A stretch of DNA of 56,483 nucleotides from positions 1 through 56,483 of IMG/VR virus record IMGVR_UViG_3300034093_004958; one strand, written 5' to 3'. A model generated the notes under the pieces. That model had not been told where the DNA came from. It ran no database searches and saw nothing but the letters and a program-made list of their open reading frames with translations. Position numbers and translations under genes: made by a program. Each line of letters starts with the position of its first letter. Position 1 is the stretch's first letter. The DNA is from a virus (lineage: Duplodnaviria > Caudoviricetes). Of this stretch, positions 38,030 through 48,023 are shown one piece after another.

Positions 38030-38317
38030 ATGACCAAAACAGAATTTATTAAAACTCTTGTTGAAAAGTCTGAAAAAGATAAAAAAACAATTGATTCTGT
38101 CATTTCAGCTATTGATGAAATTGTAAAAACACAATTAGCATTAGGTCAAAATGTACCATTTGGAACTTTAGGAACTTTTAAAGTTACAAATCGTAAAGCT
38201 AGAGAAGTAAAAAACCCTATCACTGGAGAAACTATTCAAGTTCCTGAAAAAACAGTAGTTAAATTTGGAGTTTCAAAATTATTAAAAGAAATGATTGCAA
38301 ATAGTTCTGCTAAATAA
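38030..38317 (+). CDS. hup: HU-family DNA-binding protein
   Basis: MTKTEFI...GTFKV..RKAR..KNPITGE.I.VPEK.VVKF. Confidence 0.93.
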   Translation: MTKTEFIKTLVEKSEKDKKTIDSVISAIDEIVKTQLALGQNVPFGTLGTFKVTNRKAREVKNPITGETIQVPEKTVVKFGVSKLLKEMIANSSAK

Positions 38318-38334
38318 AATCATTGTGAATGATA

Positions 38335-38362
38335 AAGGGTCTCTATAATATGAGACCCTTTT
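38335..38362 (+). terminator. intrinsic terminator
   Basis: aagggtctc-tataatat-gagacccttt. Confidence 0.75.
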
Positions 38363-38402
38363 ATTTTATAAAATAATATGTATATTTAATTGATATTTAG
38401 TT

Positions 38403-39389
38403 ATGAATAAAAAGACTTTGAAAATTGGTATATTTTATGACGGTAATTTTATTAACCATGTTTCTGATTTTTATGTATATAGACATGCAATACATAGCCG
38501 TCTTTATTTAAAAGGATTACAAGATTTTGCTGTAAAATTAATTGCTAAGAAAGAAGATATAAATGTAGAGTTTTGTAAAATTGTTGATTCTCATATTTAT
38601 AAAGGTAGATTTACAGCAAAGTCAGCAGATGAAAGAGATGTATTATATGGTGAAAGAGTTTTTGATGATGCTTGTATGTATGATGGTATTACTACACATT
38701 ATATTCCGATAAAAAAACAACGTGGGAAGATGATTGAAAAGGGAACTGATGTTTGGCTTGCTTTAGATGCATATGAAGCTGCACTACAAAAGAATTTAGA
38801 TATAGTTGTTATAGTAACAAGTGATACAGATTTTAAGCCTCTTATAAGAAAATTGCATTCGTTAGGTGCTAAAACTATGCTTTTAAGTTGGAATCTTGAA
38901 TGGGAGCAGGAAGGAGAAATTCAGGTTACTAAAACATCTCGTGATTTAACAGAAGAAGTAACATGGTTTATAGATGTTGCAAAAGAATTTTTAAATAATT
39001 CTGAAGAGTTAAAATCTATATTTGTACAAAAAAACGATAAAGAACAAAAAGAAGGTTATCAAACAAGTAACTATAAAACTAAATATTTAAAATATAAATC
39101 TTACGATACCAAAGATAGTGATTTATCAAATCAAGTTCCAGATGTTGAGTTCGATCCTGAACAAAGAGTAGAATCAGAAATACAAAGTATCAAAAATGGT
39201 TATGGATTTATTTTATATCCAGAACATAACATTTTCTTCCATGCTAAAGATATTATTAATTGTAATTTTGAAGATTTAGAAATAGGTGATGCTGTAGAAT
39301 TTCAAATCTATTGTAAACCTAATGGAGAAATGGTAGCTAAACAGATTAGTTTATTATTTGCTTCTGATGAAGATTCAACACAATATTAA
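38403..39389 (+). CDS. NYN (LabA/DUF88) domain protein with C-terminal cold-shock domain
   Basis: IFYDGN, EKGTDVWLALD, TSDTDF; GYGFI...IFFH...GD.VEF. Confidence 0.88.
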   Translation: MNKKTLKIGIFYDGNFINHVSDFYVYRHAIHSRLYLKGLQDFAVKLIAKKEDINVEFCKIVDSHIYKGRFTAKSADERDVLYGERVFDDACMYDGITTHYIPIKKQRGKMIEKGTDVWLALDAYEAALQKNLDIVVIVTSDTDFKPLIRKLHSLGAKTMLLSWNLEWEQEGEIQVTKTSRDLTEEVTWFIDVAKEFLNNSEELKSIFVQKNDKEQKEGYQTSNYKTKYLKYKSYDTKDSDLSNQVPDVEFDPEQRVESEIQSIKNGYGFILYPEHNIFFHAKDIINCNFEDLEIGDAVEFQIYCKPNGEMVAKQISLLFASDEDSTQY

Positions 39390-39457
39390 TTTTGATTGCA
39401 AATCTTTTTGTCAAATACAATAGTATTTTCATATATATACTTAAAATATACTATCAA

Positions 39458-39763
39458 ATGGCTGTTTTTACTAATTATAAAAAATATTTAGATAGAGTAG
39501 AAAATCAAACAAATTTGGATAATTGGGGATTTGATAATAATTCTATCTACAGAATATTTGAATTTAAAGATTTTAATAAAGCTATATTATTTGTAAATGC
39601 TGTAGCTGATTTTGCAGAAGAAATTCAACATCATCCTGACATATTGATATACGATTACAAGTATGTCAAGGTTTTTTTAAAATCTCATGAAGAAAACAAG
39701 GTAACTGAAAAGGACTACAAATCAGCACATCTTATAGATAATATATATAACACGACATTTTAA
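39458..39763 (+). CDS. pterin-4-alpha-carbinolamine dehydratase
   Basis: FKDF..A..FVNAVA..AE...HHPDI...SHE...VTEKD...A..ID; ATG at 39458 preferred. Confidence 0.85.
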   Translation: MAVFTNYKKYLDRVENQTNLDNWGFDNNSIYRIFEFKDFNKAILFVNAVADFAEEIQHHPDILIYDYKYVKVFLKSHEENKVTEKDYKSAHLIDNIYNTTF

Positions 39764-39852
39764 TAACCTTCATTATCCAATTTAAGTTTAAACGGACTGA
39801 ATTATAGTTATGCATTTAACTATAATATCTGTCATATTTATTTAAAATAATT

Positions 39853-40137
39853 ATGCAAAATATATCTTCTTATTCTTTACATACCGATCTATATCTTATG
39901 GATATTGAAAAATGTCTGTTAGCTCATGGTTTACTAAACGAATTTGAAAATATTGAAAAAAAACATTCAAAAACTATTCAATCTATATCTAGATATCAAC
40001 AAAGTTTTTATAATTCTATAAGTTATAGTAATAAAGCTCTAAATAATAAAATAACTATGGATTGTAATATAGAATATAGTAAAGAATTAATTGATAGAGT
40101 TTTTGATATAAAAAGAAAACTATATAGAGGTCTTTAA
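39853..40137 (+). CDS. hypothetical protein
   Basis: 94-aa ORF. Confidence 0.55.
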   Translation: MQNISSYSLHTDLYLMDIEKCLLAHGLLNEFENIEKKHSKTIQSISRYQQSFYNSISYSNKALNNKITMDCNIEYSKELIDRVFDIKRKLYRGL

Positions 40138-40149
40138 CATTAATATTTT

Positions 40150-40578
40150 ATGATACATTTAGAAAATAATTCAAACATATATCTCAATTTAGGAGTAGTA
40201 GGAAGTCGAACATTTATAGATAGAGACTTAATATTCGCATGGCTATGTAGAGTTAATAAGGATTTAGGCCCATTCGATAAAATTATTACTGGTGATTCAC
40301 AGGGTGCAGATTTAATAGCTGAGTCATGGGCAAAAGACAAAAATATAGAAACCAAAATATGCTATGCTGATTGGACTACATTAGGAACAAAAGCAAGCTT
40401 TTTAAGAAATATTTCAATTATAGATAATTCAGATTTTGTTATAGCATTTTGGGATGGAGATTCTAAAGGTACTGCTCATGCTATAAGAGTTACTCGAATG
40501 GAAAATAAACCTTTATTGGTAATTTCAAAAAATGGTTCTAATTATGAATTATTATCTACTATTAGATTTTTAGATTAA
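40150..40578 (+). CDS. SLOG/YspA-like (DUF2493) protein
   Basis: VVGSR, ITGD..GAD..AE.WA, RN..I....D.VIAFWDG.SKGT. Confidence 0.85.
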   Translation: MIHLENNSNIYLNLGVVGSRTFIDRDLIFAWLCRVNKDLGPFDKIITGDSQGADLIAESWAKDKNIETKICYADWTTLGTKASFLRNISIIDNSDFVIAFWDGDSKGTAHAIRVTRMENKPLLVISKNGSNYELLSTIRFLD

Positions 40579-40590
40579 TTTTTAAATTAT

Positions 40591-41019
40591 ATGAATGATA
40601 CAAGACCAAGTTGGGAAGAATACTTTTTAGATATAGCCGAAAAAGTTTCAACAAGATCTACTTGTTTGCGATTAAAAGTTGGATGTGTTCTCGTAGCCGA
40701 AGATAATAAAATATTATCTACTGGATATAATGGGTCTCCAAAAGGTATGCCTCATTGTTTAGATGAAGGATGCTTAAAGAATGAAGAAGGAAGATGTATT
40801 AGGACCGTTCATGCTGAAATAAATGCTATTTTATCTGTAGATTCACATTTAAGAAGAAATAGTACTTTATTTTGTACACATGAACCATGTGAGCATTGTA
40901 CCAAATCTATAATACAAGCTGGCATCATAAAGGTAGTATATGAACATCCTTACCCTAATATAGTTAATAAGTTTTTTAGTACATATATCAAGTGGATACA
41001 CTATAAAAAAAGGAGCTAA
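40591..41019 (+). CDS. dCMP deaminase (ComEB family)
   Basis: RSTC.R..VG, GYNG, HAEINA, PCEHC. Confidence 0.93.
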   Translation: MNDTRPSWEEYFLDIAEKVSTRSTCLRLKVGCVLVAEDNKILSTGYNGSPKGMPHCLDEGCLKNEEGRCIRTVHAEINAILSVDSHLRRNSTLFCTHEPCEHCTKSIIQAGIIKVVYEHPYPNIVNKFFSTYIKWIHYKKRS

Positions 41020-41035
41020 TATTTAGCTCCTTTTT
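41004..41035. terminator. bidirectional terminator
   Basis: aaaaaggagcta-atatt-tagctccttttt. Confidence 0.75.
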
Positions 41036-41038
41036 AGT

Positions 41039-43522
41039 TTATGCTTCTATTTCTAAGTTAGTATTATAAGTGAAGATCAGTTTATCAAGTTTTTTATCAA
41101 CTTTTATTTTCACTTCAGAACCATCTTTAATTAAGCCAGACAGTAATTCTTCAGATAATGGATCTTCTAGATATTTTTGAATGCTTCTTCGTAATGGACG
41201 TGCACCATATTTTTCATCAAATCCTTTATCTACTAAAAACTCCTTACATGTTTTAGAAATATTTAACGTTATATGTTTATCAGATAAACGACTTTCTAAT
41301 TTTTGGAGTTGAATATTTAAGATACTTATCATATCTTCTTTTTTTAACTTTTTAAAATAAACAATACCATCAAGACGATTGATGAATTCTGGAGAGAACA
41401 TAGTTTTTATAGCTGAATCTATTGTTTCTATAATATGCGATTCATCACTAGTATCTTTATTAATAGAAAAACCTAAACTTCCACCAGCTTTAATATCTCT
41501 TTGTCCAATATTAGATGTCATTATTAGTATTGTGTTTCTAAAATCTACTTTTCTTCCTAATCCATCAGTAAGATGACCATCATCAAATACTTGAAGTAAT
41601 GTATTTAAAGCATCTGGATGTGCCTTTTCTACTTCATCTAATAAAACTACGCTAAAAGGTTTTCTTCGAACTTTTTCAGTTAATTGACCACCTTCTTCGT
41701 AACCTATATAGCCTGGAGGAGCTCCAATTAATTTACTTACAGAAAATTTTTCCATATATTCAGACATGTCTACTCTAATTAAAGAATTTTCACTATCAAA
41801 TAAATGTTTAGCTAATGTTTTAGCAAGCTCTGTTTTACCTACACCAGTTGGACCAGTAAATAGAAATACTCCAGTTGGTCTAGAAGGATCTTTAAGACCT
41901 GATCTTGATCTTCTGATTGATTTTGCTAAAATATCTATCGCTTCATTTTGACCTATAACGTATTTCTTTAATTCATTATTAATGTTCATAAGTTTTTTTG
42001 CTTCATCTTCAGATACCTTTGTAACAGGAATACCAGTCATTATAGAAATTACTTTTGCTACATCTTCCTCAGTTACAATTTGTTGATTATCATCTAAAGA
42101 TTTTTCCCATGAAAATTTTATTGCTTCTAAATCTACCTGTATATTCCTTTCTCTATCACGAAGTTTAGCAGCTTCTTCAAAATTTTGATTTCTTATAGCC
42201 TGATTTTTTTCAATACTAATTTCACCTAATTCTTGTTCTAATGACAAAATTTCTTTTGGCACTTCGATATTTGATAATCTAACTCTAGCCCCAGATTCAT
42301 CTAGTACATCAAATGCTTTATCTGGAAAGAATCTATCAGTAATATATCGTTCAGATAATTTTACACAAGCTTTGATAGCATCGTCAGTGTATTTTACACC
42401 ATGATGCTTTTCATATTTATCTTTCACATTAGTAATAATTTCTAATGTTTCTTCTCTAGTAGGAGCTTCTATAATTATTTTTTGAAATCTTCTATCTAAA
42501 GCACCATCCTTTTCAATATGTTCTCTATATTCATTGAGTGTTGATGCACCAATACATTGAATCTCACCTCTAGCTAAAGCTGGTTTTAACATATTAGCAG
42601 CATCTAAAGAACCAGAAGCACCACCAGCACCAACAAGAGTATGTAATTCATCAATAAATAATATTATATCTTCATTTTTTTCAAGTTCTTGAACAACAGA
42701 CTTCATACGTTCTTCAAATTGTCCTCTATATTTAGTCCCTGCAACCATTGATCCCAAGTCTAAAGAAATAACACGTTTGTTCATTAAAGCTCTTGGAACT
42801 TTTCTTTCAATTATTTTTAAAGCTAAACCTTCAACTATTGCTGTTTTACCAACACCAGGTTCACCTATTAAAACAGGGTTATTCTTTTTTCTTCTTGCAA
42901 TAACTTGTACAACTCTTTCAATCTCATTAATTCTACCAATTACTGGATCTAATTTTCCTTCTGCCGCTAACTTTGTTAAATCTCTTCCAAAATTATCTAA
43001 AACTGGAGTTTTGGTTTTAGTTGTAGTATTAGGTTTAGGTTTTTTTAATGCAGATCTGTTTATGGTTGAAGATAATGTTTCATCATCATTGTTAATGTAT
43101 AAATCTAATTCTTTTCTAAATGTATCATAATTTATATCTTGAGCGTGCAAAGATTTGGAAGCTTCATTCTCCTCATCTCTCAAAATAGATAGTATTAAAT
43201 GTTCACTTCCTATTTTCTCAGATTTGTACAATTTAGATTCTAAATAAGTTACCTTTAATACTTTTTCAGCTGTTTTTGAAACAGATAAATTTGTCGTTTG
43301 GATTGAAACTTTACTTGTATCTAATTCTTTAACAATTGATTTTTGTAATTGTTTTAAATCTGTATTAAGAGATTTTAGTACTTCAATTCCTATACCTTCA
43401 TTACGTTTTAAAACACCTAATAGTAGATGTCCTATCTGAATGGTATCATGTCCTAATCTCATTGCTTCTTCTCTTGAATTTCTAATGACTTCTTGAAGTC
43501 CTTCCGAGAAATTTGCTTCCAT
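41039..43522 (-). CDS. clpC: ATP-dependent Clp protease ATP-binding subunit ClpC
   Basis: Clp-N repeats, two AAA+ modules ([16 protein letters not shown]), UVR coiled coil (FEEAAKLRD), ClpP-docking LGF loop. Confidence 0.95.
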   Translation of the reverse strand: MEANFSEGLQEVIRNSREEAMRLGHDTIQIGHLLLGVLKRNEGIGIEVLKSLNTDLKQLQKSIVKELDTSKVSIQTTNLSVSKTAEKVLKVTYLESKLYKSEKIGSEHLILSILRDEENEASKSLHAQDINYDTFRKELDLYINNDDETLSSTINRSALKKPKPNTTTKTKTPVLDNFGRDLTKLAAEGKLDPVIGRINEIERVVQVIARRKKNNPVLIGEPGVGKTAIVEGLALKIIERKVPRALMNKRVISLDLGSMVAGTKYRGQFEERMKSVVQELEKNEDIILFIDELHTLVGAGGASGSLDAANMLKPALARGEIQCIGASTLNEYREHIEKDGALDRRFQKIIIEAPTREETLEIITNVKDKYEKHHGVKYTDDAIKACVKLSERYITDRFFPDKAFDVLDESGARVRLSNIEVPKEILSLEQELGEISIEKNQAIRNQNFEEAAKLRDRERNIQVDLEAIKFSWEKSLDDNQQIVTEEDVAKVISIMTGIPVTKVSEDEAKKLMNINNELKKYVIGQNEAIDILAKSIRRSRSGLKDPSRPTGVFLFTGPTGVGKTELAKTLAKHLFDSENSLIRVDMSEYMEKFSVSKLIGAPPGYIGYEEGGQLTEKVRRKPFSVVLLDEVEKAHPDALNTLLQVFDDGHLTDGLGRKVDFRNTILIMTSNIGQRDIKAGGSLGFSINKDTSDESHIIETIDSAIKTMFSPEFINRLDGIVYFKKLKKEDMISILNIQLQKLESRLSDKHITLNISKTCKEFLVDKGFDEKYGARPLRRSIQKYLEDPLSEELLSGLIKDGSEVKIKVDKKLDKLIFTYNTNLEIEA

Positions 43523-43598
43523 ATATGTTCCTTTTTGTTCTAGTTATTGGTAGTATCTTTTCTAAATTTTATATATCAATTGTAATACACTACAATTG

Positions 43599-44177
43599 CT
43601 ATAGAATTTTATCTATGATACCATAATTTAATGCTTCCTCAGAAGACATCCAATTGTCTCTGTCTGCATCTTTCATAATTTTTTCAACACTCTGACCTGT
43701 ATGCTTTGAAATTACACTATATAAACTTTCTCGAATTTTAATCATTTCTCTTGTATAAATTTCTATATCTGATGCTTGACCTTGTGTACCACCTAAAGGC
43801 TGATGCATCATAACTCTTGAATGTGGCAAGGCATATCTTTTCCCCTTTGCTCCTGCGGTCAAAATCACTTGACCCATAGAAGCTGCCATACCAACACATA
43901 TCGTCGATACATCAGGCTTTATGTATTGCATAGTATCATATATAGCCATACCTGCACTAACACTGCCTCCTGGTGAATTTACATAAAGATGTATGTCTTT
44001 ATTAGGATCTTCAGACTGTAAAAATAAAAGTTGGGCTATAATTATGGAAGAAGCATAATCATCAATACCACTACCCAAATAAATAATTCGATCTTTTAAT
44101 AATCTTGAGAAGATATCATATGATCGTTCTCCTCGTGAACTTTGTTCAATTACGTAAGGAATTAAATGAGATTTCAT
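43599..44177 (-). CDS. clpP: ATP-dependent Clp protease proteolytic subunit
   Basis: [27 protein letters not shown]-like VNSPGG, AASMG (Ser), MMHQP (His), DRD; ATG at 44177 preferred. Confidence 0.97.
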   Translation of the reverse strand: MKSHLIPYVIEQSSRGERSYDIFSRLLKDRIIYLGSGIDDYASSIIIAQLLFLQSEDPNKDIHLYVNSPGGSVSAGMAIYDTMQYIKPDVSTICVGMAASMGQVILTAGAKGKRYALPHSRVMMHQPLGGTQGQASDIEIYTREMIKIRESLYSVISKHTGQSVEKIMKDADRDNWMSSEEALNYGIIDKIL

Positions 44178-44331
44178 ATTTTCTTTTAAAAATGAATAAT
44201 CAACTTTAGTTATAACCTTTTTATTATAAAATTGCAATTAGTTCAAACTAATAAGAAAATGTTTTAATTAATCAATTATGATATATCGTATACATAATAA
44301 AAAATATATAGGTTAAATTTAACTTTGTAAC

Positions 44332-44727
44332 ATGATTACAATTGTATCCATCCATTGGGATGTAAGAAATAAAGGATGGGTAATAGATTCAGATAAATGT
44401 AAGATCAAGTCTAATAAAAAAAATATTGTTGAAATTTCTATTTCTGGTGTTCGTAAAAATATATTCATACATAAAGACATATTTAAATATCTAGAAATAT
44501 TCTACCCTACAGAATATAATAGTAATGATTATAGTAATATAGATTGGGCTGCTTATTCATTGAGGGATTGTATATTCTTTATAGAAAATACTCAGGATTT
44601 AAAAAAAGGGTTATGTTATTTCTATCGAAATTTGGAAAAGGTAGAAATAAATGAAGAACTTAATGGAAATAAAATAGATTATTTTATAGATAGATCATCA
44701 TTTTCTCATGGATTTTTTATTTCTTAA
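44332..44727 (+). CDS. hypothetical protein
   Basis: 131-aa ORF. Confidence 0.55.
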   Translation: MITIVSIHWDVRNKGWVIDSDKCKIKSNKKNIVEISISGVRKNIFIHKDIFKYLEIFYPTEYNSNDYSNIDWAAYSLRDCIFFIENTQDLKKGLCYFYRNLEKVEINEELNGNKIDYFIDRSSFSHGFFIS

Positions 44728-44784
44728 ATTATTTTAATAAATAATTTGAACTTTTCAAAATAATTTACTATATTGATAATAAAT

Positions 44785-45173
44785 GGGGGTGTCATTGGTT
44801 TCGATTAGCTTTTGACGCATCAAGAAGCAACCCGTGCTGATACTCGGTGGAGCACGATAATACAACTGAGTAATTTATAAATGGCAAAAACACACATATT
44901 TTCAATCATTATCCAATGGTTGAAGTATCTCAGAACCAATACGCAATAGCGGCTTGATTCCGAGTGATATAATTTGCGGTCGTTCTCATTATATCACTCG
45001 TCGCTTATAACGACATATATCATAAGAAGCTTTCGTTTTATGAAGAACTTTAGAAAGCACAGTTGCTATCGGCTGCTCTTTGCCTAAATAGATAACTTAT
45101 TATAAAAGAGATATGGTTGTAGTGTTCTAATAACTTGGAAGTTAAGACAGGGGTTCGATTCCCCTCACCTCCA
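44785..45173 (+). ncRNA. ssrA: tmRNA
   Basis: 5' GGGGGUG pairs with 3' CACCUCC-A including G3:U; GG-UUUCGA D-loop; T-arm AGGGG-UUCGAUU-CCCCU; tag frame 44883-44957 ending YAIAA*. CCA is not encoded. Confidence 0.92.
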
Positions 45174-45239
45174 CAAATTTATTTTTTATTATCATTTTAT
45201 TTATTATATTTGTATTAACATAATTTTAAAGGTAATAAA

Positions 45240-46043
45240 ATGAATAATTGGAAAACAAAAAGCTCATATGATATTCTTGAAGAATTTTCAAAGATATTAT
45301 CTCATTCATCTTTTGATAAACACGCTCCTACATGGAATCCAAGACTTAATAAAATAACCAGAATTCTTGTTGAGTCTAATATTCCATATGAAACTATCCA
45401 TTATAATGTTCCATTTTATAAAAGGGATTTTACAAATATTTATATTTCTTTTTCAAAGGATTTAAATATTCCAGGGCTTATGTTTTTAGCACATCATGAT
45501 ATTGTAAATGAAGATTCTGAAAATTGTCAGGATAATACTGCATCTATAAGTCATTTGTTAAAATTGGCATTAGACTTAAATGATAATCCTCCTCCTATAC
45601 CTATACATATTGCAATAGTTGATTCAGAAGAACATGTAAATCCATATTGTTGTGGAAGTCAAGTTCTTTCTGAAGATATTAAATGTGGTAAGTTTGGAGA
45701 TATATCCGCTTGTATAAACTTGGAACTAACAGGACTAGGAAAACATATATGGGTAAGTTCGTTTGAAAAATTTGAGGATATATGTGATCCTTATATACAA
45801 TTACTTAATGCAAAAAAAGTCCAAACTCCATATAATGATGCCTTTGTTCTTTCTTTACATGGAATACCTGCAATGTGTATAGGAATTCTTGATGATTATG
45901 ATATAGATGTTGCCTTAAATGGCTATGGTTATCCAAACATTTGGAATTTGTGTCATAGAATGGAAGATACATTTGATAAAATATCTAAAGAAGATATGGA
46001 TGAATTTTATTTTAAACTTTTGAGCATTTGCAATTATGAATGA
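45240..46043 (+). CDS. M28 family metallopeptidase
   Basis: AHHD, QDNTAS, DSEEH..GS, INLE, ND, CH...D. Confidence 0.8.
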   Translation: MNNWKTKSSYDILEEFSKILSHSSFDKHAPTWNPRLNKITRILVESNIPYETIHYNVPFYKRDFTNIYISFSKDLNIPGLMFLAHHDIVNEDSENCQDNTASISHLLKLALDLNDNPPPIPIHIAIVDSEEHVNPYCCGSQVLSEDIKCGKFGDISACINLELTGLGKHIWVSSFEKFEDICDPYIQLLNAKKVQTPYNDAFVLSLHGIPAMCIGILDDYDIDVALNGYGYPNIWNLCHRMEDTFDKISKEDMDEFYFKLLSICNYE

Positions 46044-46227
46044 AGAATATGGAAGAAGAAATTTATCATATAGAAATTTAAAACAACAAAAGATAGAATT
46101 AGATGAATCAAAAATAAATCCAATACTAAAAAAATTAATTCAACGAATGAATCAAGAACATTTCATGGAAGAAGAACCTAATGTTCTTATTAGATTGGAA
46201 GAATATAAAAAAAGGTTTTCTGATTAA
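46036..46227 (+). CDS. hypothetical protein
   Basis: 63-aa ORF overlapping the peptidase stop. Confidence 0.5.
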   Translation: MNEEYGRRNLSYRNLKQQKIELDESKINPILKKLIQRMNQEHFMEEEPNVLIRLEEYKKRFSD

Positions 46228-46280
46228 AATTTATTTTTAAAAATGATATATAAATTTCACTTAAAAATAAAGTAAGATAT

Positions 46281-46622
46281 ATGACAATTTTTTTAATAAG
46301 CTTTTCTTTAATAATTTTAGTTTCTGCATATTTTTTTATTTCTGATTATTTATTTCTTTTTCAAAAACCTTCTAGTGATTCAGAAAAAGAATCTGTTGAA
46401 ACTTCAAATGAAAAGCAAAATGTTGAATTATATCCAATTCCAGAAGATGTAGAAAGTATTAATTCTACTCATAAAAAAGTTAAAAAGAATAGAAAAGTCA
46501 AAGACAAAGATACTGTTAAAATAAAAAAGAATGAAGTGTTAACGACAGGTACAGATTTCATTCAGAAATCTCAGGAACCCCAAACGGGTAAATCGAGAAG
46601 AGGAAGGAAGAAAAAAAGTTAA
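46281..46622 (+). CDS. membrane-anchored basic protein
   Basis: N-terminal TM helix, Lys/Arg-rich tail; GATATATA at 46245. Confidence 0.6.
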   Translation: MTIFLISFSLIILVSAYFFISDYLFLFQKPSSDSEKESVETSNEKQNVELYPIPEDVESINSTHKKVKKNRKVKDKDTVKIKKNEVLTTGTDFIQKSQEPQTGKSRRGRKKKS

Positions 46623-46625
46623 ATT

Positions 46626-46648
46626 AAGCCCTGAAATCAGGGCTTTTT
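46626..46648 (+). terminator. intrinsic terminator
   Basis: aagccctga-aa-tcagggcttttt. Confidence 0.75.
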
Positions 46649-46726
46649 ATTTTTATTTCTAAATTGAATGAACAAATATATTATTTTGCATAAAATAATA
46701 TGCACGATCATATTGGTTAAATTACA

Positions 46727-46948
46727 ATGATTACAATTGATGATTTAGAGCGATTAAGTGAAATCGTTAAAATAAAAAAGTTATGTGAAGAGTGTAATAT
46801 TAATTATTCCACTATTATGGCTAAAATAAATAGAAAAACTGAACTTTCTATTAAAGAGAGTGAGTTAATATATACATTTTTACTTGGTAATGGGTTAAAA
46901 TTTCAAGATGTTTCTCACATTAGTATAGAAGAATTAAAAAAATCATAG
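46727..46948 (+). CDS. small HTH (XRE-like) protein
   Basis: IKKLCEECNINYSTI...INRKTELS..E. Confidence 0.6.
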   Translation: MITIDDLERLSEIVKIKKLCEECNINYSTIMAKINRKTELSIKESELIYTFLLGNGLKFQDVSHISIEELKKS

Positions 46949-46950
46949 CT

Positions 46951-47190
46951 ATGAAAATTAGTGAGTTAAGAAAATTTGTAAATGCTATCCCAAAAGAAAT
47001 GGATGATTTTCAAATAATATATAGAAGATTTGAAGATGAAGATGATAATGTATTATTTTTAGATTATCCTCTTATTAGCATATATGTGGATGAAGAAAAT
47101 CAAGAATCTATATTTCTAGATGAAGATGGATGGCACTATTTTAAAACAAATTTATTAATAACTGATGATGAAGAAACTGATGAAGAATAA
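46951..47190 (+). CDS. small acidic protein
   Basis: MKISELRKF...P..D. Confidence 0.55.
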   Translation: MKISELRKFVNAIPKEMDDFQIIYRRFEDEDDNVLFLDYPLISIYVDEENQESIFLDEDGWHYFKTNLLITDDEETDEE

Positions 47191-47558
47191 AATATTTCCA
47201 GAATATCATTGTACTGAAGATAATATAATGTTTATATCTATTTCAATTTGTATCATTTTTTTAGTAGGTTCTTTTTTATGAAAGAAATATTTTTTTTAAT
47301 TATTATTATACTCAATCTCATTTCAATTTATTTTATTTCTAACACATTATGTTCTTATTGGAAATTTTTATTGCCTAAAAGAAAATATACGTATGTATCA
47401 CTTCTACTTTTTTTATTATTATTTTTATTTCTTTTTGTTTTATATGTAAAAAAATAGTTTAACTTAGATATATAGATTTCTATATACTAAAGATTTAAGA
47501 TATTTAGAATGTTTTAATACTTTATAAATAATAACTATTTTTAAAATTACTATTTCTT

Positions 47559-47936
47559 ATGGTTGCATTAGCAGCTTCTGAATTCTATGAAGATAGAACA
47601 AATGTAGATGAAATGATTCGAGTCATATCAGATTCCACAGAAAGGATTGAGATAATTAGAACTAACTTTGAAACTTTATTAAATGATATGTATGATAATA
47701 TGATTGAAAAAGATCAAAACTTTGTCTACATACTTTCTCAGAAGTTTAAAAAACAAATAGAAAACCTACCTGATTATAGAGATTTATATACAATTTTAGT
47801 TGAAATAGATCTTAATACTTCCAAGCTTAAAACAACTCAAGATTCTTTTACCTTAATAGAAATATGTCAAGAGCATAAAGTTATTTTTGAAGAATACATA
47901 GACCTTCAGAAAATTTTTATCAATTTATACAACTAA
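47559..47936 (+). CDS. hypothetical helical protein
   Basis: 125-aa ORF. Confidence 0.55.
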   Translation: MVALAASEFYEDRTNVDEMIRVISDSTERIEIIRTNFETLLNDMYDNMIEKDQNFVYILSQKFKKQIENLPDYRDLYTILVEIDLNTSKLKTTQDSFTLIEICQEHKVIFEEYIDLQKIFINLYN

Positions 47937-48023
47937 CCTCTCTTCTTAACACTGTTATAGCTATTTATTTTTCTAAAATTAAAACTTTTAGATATATAAA
48001 GTAATAAATAAATTTCAACTGCT

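Noticed and set aside
41379-43130. Plus-strand ORFs within clpC, and similar antisense or nested ORFs at 450, 3161, 3290, 6948, 7743, 10467, 13745, 13879, 15982, 16514, 21004, 22918, 27968, 31517, 32594, 36329, 37172, 40140, 50885, 51957, 52592 and 53790
   Set aside because: Shadow ORFs overlapping better-supported genes, with no motifs.
45146-45173. tRNA-like T-arm as a separate tRNA
   Set aside because: It is the 3' tRNA-like domain of the tmRNA; no standalone tRNA cloverleaf was recognised.
47248-47457. Hydrophobic 69-aa ORF
   Set aside because: Extremely T-rich low-complexity sequence; could be a small membrane protein but cannot be supported.
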